Assembly (NCBI GenBank): GCA_031401115.1
Contig: JANNRE010000018.1
Coordinates: forward strand, 74,233-138,232
Reading direction: 5' to 3'
DNA: 64,000 bases
From: Chitinophagaceae bacterium
Lineage (GTDB): Bacteria > Bacteroidota > Bacteroidia > Chitinophagales > Chitinophagaceae
Of the stretch, positions 56,959 to 64,000 are shown piece by piece. Numbering within the stretch: the stretch's first letter is position 1; the number at the start of each line of letters is the position of its first letter. Below the pieces are notes generated by a model that searched no databases, had not been told where the DNA came from, and saw only the letters and a list, made by a program, of their open reading frames with translations. The translations under genes were made by a program, and so were the position numbers.

Positions 56959-57720
56959 TTATTGATTTGATTGGTCTTTATACTCCTTTTCAAAAAAAAC
57001 ACCTTTTGATTTTAATTTAAAGGAAGTTATGGCCTCTGTAGGATATATTTCGGTCACTGTATCCTTTGAATTATAAAAAAATATGTATTTATCAGTCTTA
57101 CCTATGAAGTAAAGACTATCTCGTGAAATAAGTTCTTTTGATTCTCCTATTTTAATAGCGGTTCCACTATACTTTCCTCTTGTAACAGAATCAATATCAA
57201 AAACTGTTTTTAAAATTATTGCTACAACCAAGAAGTAACAAAAAATCAAAGCATATGAAAGTTTAGGCGAAAAGTTATTCAATAAAACAGATTCAATAAA
57301 AGGGAAAACCAATAGAAGGAAAAGAATAGAGATTAATAATTGTTGTGGATATTGACGGAATATAAAAAGCAAAATTATTATGCCCACAATACTTATAAGA
57401 ACATAAATTACAATGGCCCAATCCCATTTAGTGAGAGAGTTATTACTAGAGCCATTTTCAATTTGGCTTTCAGCACCACTTGGTATTAATGGTTCGTTAT
57501 GTCTAATTGAAGTGAAAAGTATAATTGATATAAAGGCTAGTAGTATAAAAACCAAATCTTCGGAAAATAGTGCTCCAATTTCAGATATACCAATAAAATA
57601 TTTAATAGGCACGTTGTAGTTGCCATAAAAAAGGATTTGTTTTAATAATCCTAAGATTAAAACCATTACCGAGAGCAAAGGCAAATTGATTTCAAATTTT
57701 TCCGTCTTTTTTTGTTCCAT
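56959..57720 (-). CDS. Hypothetical AT-rich multi-pass membrane protein
   Basis: 253-aa ORF with about 5 TM helices, visibly more AT-rich than its neighbours. Confidence 0.75.
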   Translation of the reverse strand: MEQKKTEKFEINLPLLSVMVLILGLLKQILFYGNYNVPIKYFIGISEIGALFSEDLVFILLAFISIILFTSIRHNEPLIPSGAESQIENGSSNNSLTKWDWAIVIYVLISIVGIIILLFIFRQYPQQLLISILFLLLVFPFIESVLLNNFSPKLSYALIFCYFLVVAIILKTVFDIDSVTRGKYSGTAIKIGESKELISRDSLYFIGKTDKYIFFYNSKDTVTEIYPTEAITSFKLKSKGVFFEKEYKDQSNQ

Positions 57721-57904
57721 TTCTTACAATTTTAGATAAATTAAAATCTCTAATTTAAGTTTCATTAATCGACTACTCGACCAACCTCTCAGGCGAAGGT
57801 TTTCCGTCATGATGCGAAGAGTTACTTTCCTTCCCAGCAATTTTTCCTCCTCTGGACCTTTGAGTCAAATAAAATGATCACTTGTAAAAGAGCGATAAAC
57901 AATT

Positions 57905-57937
57905 TACGAAACGTCCCGAGGCGGAGAAAACGTTGTG
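57905..57937 (+). repeat. 33-bp direct repeat, copy 2
   Basis: TACGAAACGTCCCGAGGCGGAGAAAACGTTGTG. Confidence 0.75.
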
Positions 57938-58006
57938 TTGGTTATAGTTACCGTTTCCTTAAGCCAAGTAACATCTCAGCAGCAAATTGTTCGAGGTGAG
58001 GTTGAA

Positions 58007-58507
58007 TTAAATCAAATACGCTCCCATAATTTCTTCTCCTTTTAATTCTAAAAAAATATGTTCTTCTAAAGTAGTGGCAACAGAGAGACCCACATAATCG
58101 GGTTGTACAGGAAATGTTTTATGTGTACGTTCTACCAACGCCAATGTTTGAATTTTTTTAGGCTGATAATTTAAAAAAGGTTTTAAACCATAAAGCATTG
58201 TTTTGCCACTGTTGGCCACATCATCAATTAAAAGAATAGACTGATTGTTAAAACCAATCTCCCGGTTTAGAAATATTTCTGTAGGATATTTTTTATCTAA
58301 GGTAATTTCTACTAGCTCTACATGAATATTGCTGATGTCCATTACTTCCTTTGCAAGAATTTTTGCTACCGTGGCACCGTTTTCTTTGATGCCTGCAAAA
58401 AATAATTGCTGCTCATCATAATTCCGTTCTACAATTTCAAAAGCCAGTCGTTTTAATTTACGTACTGCTGTTTCTTTATCTAAAATGTATTTTTTCTCGG
58501 TATTCAT
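58007..58507 (-). CDS. PyrR-like phosphoribosyltransferase family protein
   Basis: KLKRLAFEIVE, PRPP-binding motif LLIDDVANSGKT and PDYVG. Confidence 0.85.
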   Translation of the reverse strand: MNTEKKYILDKETAVRKLKRLAFEIVERNYDEQQLFFAGIKENGATVAKILAKEVMDISNIHVELVEITLDKKYPTEIFLNREIGFNNQSILLIDDVANSGKTMLYGLKPFLNYQPKKIQTLALVERTHKTFPVQPDYVGLSVATTLEEHIFLELKGEEIMGAYLI

Positions 58508-58610
58508 AAATTAAAGATAAGAAAAGGAGTTTTGTGTTTTGAGTTTTGTGTTTTCCTTCTACCATCTACCCTACTCCTTTCCTCCTTATCTTAGCATAAC
58601 AATTTTGTAT

Positions 58611-59930
58611 ATGCAACTATTTCAACAAGTATCGTTTGCCTTGTGTTTAGGATTTTCAGTTTGGTTCTTTACTAAAAAAATTAAGGAAATACGCCGGAAT
58701 ATTTTCCTTGGTTTAGATGAAAACCTTACTGACAATAAACCCCAGCGATGGAAGAATATGATGCTGCTTGCATTCGGGCAAAAGAAGATGTTTAAAAACC
58801 CGGTGGTTGCCATATTACATCTGTTTATTTATGTGGGCTTTGTAGTAATTAATATTGAAGTACTTGAAATTGTATTGGATGGTTTGCTCGGCACACACCG
58901 TTTGTTTCTTCCCTTCCTTGGCGGCTTCTATACATTTTTGATCAATGTGTTTGAACTGCTTGCACTGAGTGTTTTGATTGGTTGTGTAATTTTTCTTGTT
59001 CGCCGTAACGTTATTAAATTAAAACGATTTATCAGCAAAGATTTAAACGGATGGCCAAGAACAGACGCCAATTATATTCTTATTACTGAAATTGTTTTAA
59101 TGAGTTTGTTTTTAACTATGAACGCAGCCGACAGAGCTTTGCAAATGAACGGCAGCACTCATTATCATGATGCAGGAAGCTTTCTCATTTCAGGAGCTAT
59201 TGCACCTGCTTTTCAAAATTTGAGCGAAGGAACTTTAATTGCCATTGAACGTAGTGCATGGTGGCTGCATATTTTGGGCATACTTGCTTTCTTAAATTAC
59301 TTACCGTGGAGCAAACACCTGCATATACTTCTTGCCTTCCCTAATGCATGGTATGCAAGGCTTACCAGTACCGGAGAAATGGCAAACATGACCAGTGTAC
59401 AAAATGAAGTGAAGTACATGATGCAGCCCGAACTTGCGCCAACAAACGCCACTCCCCCATCAAAATTTGGTGCAAGAGATGTAATGGATCTAAGCTGGAA
59501 AAGTTTACTTGATGCATACAGTTGTACTGAGTGTGGAAGATGCAGCACTGCCTGTCCTGCAAATACAACAGGCAAGTTGTTAAGCCCAAGAACAATCATA
59601 ATGAAAACAAGAGACCGTTTGGAAGAAGTGGGTCGCAACGTAAACACAAACAAAACATTTATAGAGGATGGAAAAACATTACTCAACGATTATATTACAG
59701 TAGAAGAACTTCGTGCATGTACCACCTGCAATGCATGTGTGGAAGAATGCCCTGTGAGTATAAATCCATTAAATATTATCCTTGAACTACGCCGCTCACT
59801 TATAATGGAAGACAGTAATGCACCGGGCGAATGGAATGCCATGTTCAGCAATGTAGAAAATAATTTTGCGCCGTGGAAGTTTAGTCCTGATGAAAGAGAT
59901 AAATGGGTGGAGGAGATGCAGGGTTCTTAA
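58611..59930 (+). CDS. Membrane (Fe-S)-binding oxidoreductase subunit (HdrE/DsrM-like TM domain plus 2x 4Fe-4S)
   Basis: TM domain with His residues (ILHLFIY, WWLHIL, KHLHI), CTECGRCSTACP and CTTCNACVEECP. Start set at MQLFQ. Confidence 0.88.
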   Translation: MQLFQQVSFALCLGFSVWFFTKKIKEIRRNIFLGLDENLTDNKPQRWKNMMLLAFGQKKMFKNPVVAILHLFIYVGFVVINIEVLEIVLDGLLGTHRLFLPFLGGFYTFLINVFELLALSVLIGCVIFLVRRNVIKLKRFISKDLNGWPRTDANYILITEIVLMSLFLTMNAADRALQMNGSTHYHDAGSFLISGAIAPAFQNLSEGTLIAIERSAWWLHILGILAFLNYLPWSKHLHILLAFPNAWYARLTSTGEMANMTSVQNEVKYMMQPELAPTNATPPSKFGARDVMDLSWKSLLDAYSCTECGRCSTACPANTTGKLLSPRTIIMKTRDRLEEVGRNVNTNKTFIEDGKTLLNDYITVEELRACTTCNACVEECPVSINPLNIILELRRSLIMEDSNAPGEWNAMFSNVENNFAPWKFSPDERDKWVEEMQGS

Positions 59931-59968
59931 TAAAAAAAGCAAAACTAAAAAATTACCTAACGGGTAAT

Positions 59969-60006
59969 AATAAAAATCCCGGCGTTTTACAGCCGGGATT
60001 TTTATT
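59969..60006. terminator. Bidirectional intrinsic terminator
   Basis: AATAAAAATCCCGGC-gttttaca-GCCGGGATTTTTATT between convergent genes. Confidence 0.85.
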
Positions 60007-60141
60007 TTGCAATGGATCTATTTTATTATTCGATTTACATTAGGTATAAAAGACCATTTGCAATCATTCTATAAACAATATCTATTCGTTTAATAGCGAA
60101 TAATTATCGAAACTGCTTATGCGCTTTCTTGCGTTTCTGTA

Positions 60142-62553
60142 TTAATTTGAAATCATAAGTTTAGCAGATTTAATTTCTCCTGTTTTTTGATTCGTTAATA
60201 CTACTATATACGATCCGGTTTTGAAAGCGGCTATGCCGGAAGTAATTTGAAGGTTTGAGACTGTTACATTTTTATTCATAACCAATTTTCCTTCATTGGT
60301 CATTAACCTGATATTTACCAGCACATTTTGCCATGAAGCGGGAACAGTTACTGTAAACTTATCTACAGCAGGGTTAGGGGTAATAATCAAAGGCATATCT
60401 GCCTGCGAAAAATGTACGGTCTGAATATCAGTATAAGCGTATGCCCCGTTTTGTTCATTCATTTTTACTCTGTAGTAATGAGTACTTGCTGAAACCGCTT
60501 TGTCATTCCAAGTATAAGAGCTTCCTGAACTATTATTTTTTGCAGGGATCAGTTTTAAAATTGCCCAGGTTCTTCCATCAAGGGAGCGCTCCAGCTGATA
60601 AGATTCCATATCTGATTCTTCCTTAACAGTGAGAACAGCTACGGCATTGAATTTATCTTTTCGTACCAGCAGTTGTGCATCACGTACAGGAAGAGTGCTA
60701 AACAAATCACCATTAGACAATTGCAAAACAATTGTTTGATTGTTATAGGACTGATACATGGTTGTATCAAAACTGCGGTACCGGTTAGTACCCGGGAGCT
60801 TAACTCTTACCGTATATTTTGCATAAAAGCCCCTGTAAGTAAATTCACCACTTCCGTTAAGAACAGCACTGTCTTTGGTTACCCATTCCTGTTTGATAAT
60901 TTTGGCAAGACTGTCTGCAGCAGGTTTGCGTGTAAAATCTGTACGCCACATCCCTGCACCTTGCAAAGCCCAGAAGGGATCGTTACGCCAGTGCTGGCCA
61001 TCCCAAAAACCCCACCAGTAAAGACCGGCAACTGCTGGATGCGAAAAACTAAAACGCATTAACTCCGCAGTGTTTTGTGCCTGCGTTGTCTCTGTACAAC
61101 CAGTGCAACTACCACCTGCGCCATTCACATTATTTGATGGCACATCAAACTCCGTAAACTTTACATCTTTCGCCATTGCAGTAAACCGATCAACGCTTCT
61201 GCGTATGTTGTTGATGCGTATTCTTCCAGCAGGTAAATTAGGCGACCAAAAATGCGCTTGCGTACCGGCAATGTCTATTTTTCCCAGACCACTTGCAGTT
61301 AGTTTACTATCAATTAAATTAATCAGGTTTTCATAAGCCGTCATATTAGCGGTAAAATTATCTTCCATTATATCAAAATCATTAATTGCCATTTTCATGT
61401 TAGGATCCGCCGTTTTTGCCCAGCGGAAAAACTGGTAATTGATTGAATCAGTGCCTCCTGTTCTATTCTTTACGTAAGGTTCATGCCCCGCTTCATTAAC
61501 CACATCCCATTCCGATATATTAGCTTTCCAGTAGTTTACATCTCTGGTAGCTCGTATTTGCCCAATCTGAAACCATTTTGCGGCTGTTAAAGCCGAACCG
61601 GGAAGAGTGGCAGGGCAGCCTCCATTTGCCATATCGTGCTCAGGTGCCTGCCATTGAGCCAAGTGAAAACTTTTACAACCACCCCATAACAAAGCATGCC
61701 CTCTTATTTTGTGCCAGCCCACACTATCGGCCCAGCGTACCATGGTATCCATTTTCAGGTAATTGGTTACGCCTTCAGTTCGCTCCTGCTGATACCACTT
61801 ACCGTCGTTTTCTGCAACACCTGTGTTAAAGTAAGTGGCCATGGTATCATGATATCTTTGTCTGTTTGCAGGGTTTAACACATTAGAACTGCGAGACATT
61901 GCGGTACCAAATGGATACTCATGCATGGTTTGAGTTACATAAACTGAATCGTTTACATAAGCAGTATTATCCGGTTTCACCACTTTAATTTTAAAACTTC
62001 CTTTGCGGGCAATATTAATGCGGTAGTTAGCATCATTAAACCAGTTTGCCTCGGTAATGATGCGACATTCATCTATCACAAAATTGGCAACTGACGTAAA
62101 GAAAAAACGCATATCCATCGTAGTTTTTCCGGCAGGCGTTAATACGTTGTATTGATAATATCTCCATTTATTAGAAATTGTAAACCCTCTTGACAAATTT
62201 CCACCTCCATTAAAAGCAGCTTCAACATTAAATCTGGCACCATCAACATTTGACTTGGCCCAAAATGAAATTACATAATTAGTATTTGCCGTAATTGCAA
62301 AAGCAGTTGAACCATAATAAATGCTGAAAGGAAAACCGCTGTTGTAATTGGTAACATTTGCTTTTAAGCTTTGTGCGCCCCAGATTGTATCACCCGGGCT
62401 CACTGTAAAAGTGGCGGCAGATCCGTTGGTAACATTAGAGGCCCATCCGGTACTGCCGTTTTCAAAACTTGGGTTAGTGGTTAAAAGGTTCTGCGCAACT
62501 AAAAGCTGGCAAAAAAACAAGGCAATTGCCAGTGAAAAGAGAATCTTTTTCAT
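60142..62553 (-). CDS. GH10 endo-1,4-beta-xylanase with N-terminal CBM (CBM4/22-like) and T9SS sorting domain
   Basis: NPSFENG CBM start, ENDGKW, RGHALLW, WDVVNE (acid/base), FTEFD (nucleophile), WGFWD; C-terminal ITPNPA...GSYIV. Confidence 0.92.
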   Translation of the reverse strand: MKKILFSLAIALFFCQLLVAQNLLTTNPSFENGSTGWASNVTNGSAATFTVSPGDTIWGAQSLKANVTNYNSGFPFSIYYGSTAFAITANTNYVISFWAKSNVDGARFNVEAAFNGGGNLSRGFTISNKWRYYQYNVLTPAGKTTMDMRFFFTSVANFVIDECRIITEANWFNDANYRINIARKGSFKIKVVKPDNTAYVNDSVYVTQTMHEYPFGTAMSRSSNVLNPANRQRYHDTMATYFNTGVAENDGKWYQQERTEGVTNYLKMDTMVRWADSVGWHKIRGHALLWGGCKSFHLAQWQAPEHDMANGGCPATLPGSALTAAKWFQIGQIRATRDVNYWKANISEWDVVNEAGHEPYVKNRTGGTDSINYQFFRWAKTADPNMKMAINDFDIMEDNFTANMTAYENLINLIDSKLTASGLGKIDIAGTQAHFWSPNLPAGRIRINNIRRSVDRFTAMAKDVKFTEFDVPSNNVNGAGGSCTGCTETTQAQNTAELMRFSFSHPAVAGLYWWGFWDGQHWRNDPFWALQGAGMWRTDFTRKPAADSLAKIIKQEWVTKDSAVLNGSGEFTYRGFYAKYTVRVKLPGTNRYRSFDTTMYQSYNNQTIVLQLSNGDLFSTLPVRDAQLLVRKDKFNAVAVLTVKEESDMESYQLERSLDGRTWAILKLIPAKNNSSGSSYTWNDKAVSASTHYYRVKMNEQNGAYAYTDIQTVHFSQADMPLIITPNPAVDKFTVTVPASWQNVLVNIRLMTNEGKLVMNKNVTVSNLQITSGIAAFKTGSYIVVLTNQKTGEIKSAKLMISN

Positions 62554-62594
62554 ACGTTCTGGTTTTAGATTTTGGTTAAGGTTTTAAACGATAA

Positions 62595-64000
62595 TTATTG
62601 GATGTTAATAAATGTACTCTGAATTTGAGCGTTTTGTTTGTTTACAAAAGATAAACGGTACATACCTGCGGGCAGCCCCATTTGCAATTGCTGGTGAGCC
62701 TGAAAATGTGCTTCTGTAAAATAAATGAGCGCACCTTTCATATCATGAACTTGCATGATGAGTTTTTTGCCCGCAAAATCAACCGGTAAATTCAATTGGA
62801 AATTACCGTTAGATGGATTGGGATATACAACAAGTAATGGCTGTAAAGAAGTATTGAATTGTAAAGCTTTTACGGCAGAGTAACTTACTGCACCGTTTTG
62901 ATCTACCATTTTTAAACGGTAGTAATGAATTCCGTTTGCAGGTTTATGCTGCACGTACTGCAAATTTGTTGATGCGGTATTTATAATCCCAAAAAGAGGA
63001 ATCCACAAAACTCTATTATCAGAGGTTTCAACAGTTACTTGTTTGTACTTGTAAGCTTCCGGCAACTTGCATGCTGCCACAGCTTGTTCGCCTTGTTTTT
63101 TTACATCAAATTCAATACCAGTTTCAAAAGGCAAAACGATTAATCTTGGAGATGGTCCAAACTCTGATGTGCTTCCATCACTATTGGTAGCAGTTGATGT
63201 TAAGCGCCAACCTAAATTAAACCCACTTGGCAAAGATGCTGCTGGTATAATAACCCGCCACCTGTTTTCAGTTCTTGCACCCAATATTCCTGTACCATCA
63301 TCATTGTAAGTTCTTGTACCTGTTTCTAAATCATTAATATCACCTTCAGTAAAGGAGTATAGTAATTGCCTCCCTTCTCCATAACCATTGATGCCAAGCG
63401 GCGATGTAAAGCCAGGAGGAATAGTTGCCGGGCTGGTAGCATAGGTTGGAGTAAAAGCAATATTATTGTCTGCGAGGTAAATTTCAACTGTAACGCCCGG
63501 TTGGCTTGTACCTGTGAGTTCCAAATCAGAACCAACATAACCTGCAAGAAAAATAATTGGGAAGTTAAGCCCGTCGTTTGGAAAGTTTACATCAACATCA
63601 CCATTATCATTAGTGTTTACAGAACCTGCTGAAACGCCTGATAAAATATTATTTGGAGCAAAATCAATCCCCAAACCACCATTGTTATACATTGCATTAG
63701 TTTTCATTGCAACTCTTACAGGATAACTGGAAGAAAGTTCAGTATTGAGTAATACACCTTGCCCTCTATTATCCCTGATAACATTATTAATAATTTGATT
63801 GCCGAAAGTTGGCAGAATAAGACGGGCCATAGTAATACCAACATTGCCTCTATAAATGGTGTTGTTTTCGATCTTTAATGAATCAATCCTGCCCGTTGTT
63901 TGAGCTACGTTAAAAGAGCCGTCCTTAATATTTATTTCAATGCAATTTTCGTACCCGGCACTGGTACCGGCGCAATCATGTATTACGTTATTACGGATGG
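62595..64000 (-). CDS. Right-handed beta-helix repeat protein with T9SS sorting domain, 5'-truncated by the window edge
   Basis: The frame stays open from 63830 to the edge (IRNNVIHDC...IENNTIYRGNVGITM). Contains INNVIRDN, TNAMYNNGGLGID, GSTSEFG and C-terminal VYPNPSNG...GMYRL. Confidence 0.85.
   Translation of the reverse strand, partial: IRNNVIHDCAGTSAGYENCIEINIKDGSFNVAQTTGRIDSLKIENNTIYRGNVGITMARLILPTFGNQIINNVIRDNRGQGVLLNTELSSSYPVRVAMKTNAMYNNGGLGIDFAPNNILSGVSAGSVNTNDNGDVDVNFPNDGLNFPIIFLAGYVGSDLELTGTSQPGVTVEIYLADNNIAFTPTYATSPATIPPGFTSPLGINGYGEGRQLLYSFTEGDINDLETGTRTYNDDGTGILGARTENRWRVIIPAASLPSGFNLGWRLTSTATNSDGSTSEFGPSPRLIVLPFETGIEFDVKKQGEQAVAACKLPEAYKYKQVTVETSDNRVLWIPLFGIINTASTNLQYVQHKPANGIHYYRLKMVDQNGAVSYSAVKALQFNTSLQPLLVVYPNPSNGNFQLNLPVDFAGKKLIMQVHDMKGALIYFTEAHFQAHQQLQMGLPAGMYRLSFVNKQNAQIQSTFINIQ

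Noticed and set aside
57721-57904. Possible gene remnant or ncRNA upstream of the cassette gene (frame reads ...KLLGRKVTLRIM...)
   Set aside because: The frame has no start and is closed by upstream stops; no tRNA or riboswitch consensus is recognisable.
1-64000. tRNA, rRNA, integrase, transposase or prophage genes
   Set aside because: None was recognisable by eye; a tRNAscan/Infernal/ISEScan run would be needed to exclude them formally.

Overview
64 kb of an AT-rich Bacteroidota chromosome, most likely family Chitinophagaceae. The call is inferred from T9SS genes and cargo, TAnnTTTG/TTG promoters and protein style. Housekeeping blocks: porQ-lon-pafA, a PLP alpha-oxoamine synthase, lolA-ftsK, aroK-rpsA, and the S10-spc ribosomal protein cluster (rpsJ to secY-map, 43.2-55.9 kb). 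The richest accessory region is 16.8-33.2 kb, with three parts. (i) Three tandem stand-alone response regulators plus a PAS histidine kinase built from 21-aa coiled-coil repeats. (ii) An overlapping gene pair encoding a single-domain class II terpene-cyclase-like protein and a class I isoprenoid-synthase-fold protein, next to a small beta-rich protein and TPR-adenylate cyclase operon. Parts (i) and (ii) are bracketed by a 30-bp inverted repeat, and part (ii) also by a direct repeat. (iii) A redox cluster (NrfD/ActC-like protein, 4Fe-4S lipoprotein, two c-type cytochromes, DUF5777 barrel, YceI-like lipoprotein) that has no molybdo-enzyme subunit and carries several FNR/CRP-like boxes upstream. 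Also present: a frameshifted collagen-like lipoprotein gene, a low-GC membrane-protein gene between 33-bp direct repeats, and T9SS cargo (FG-GAP protein, GH10 xylanase, beta-helix protein). No rRNA, tRNA, CRISPR array, integrase or transposase was recognised. All family assignments come from motif recognition and recall, not database searches.
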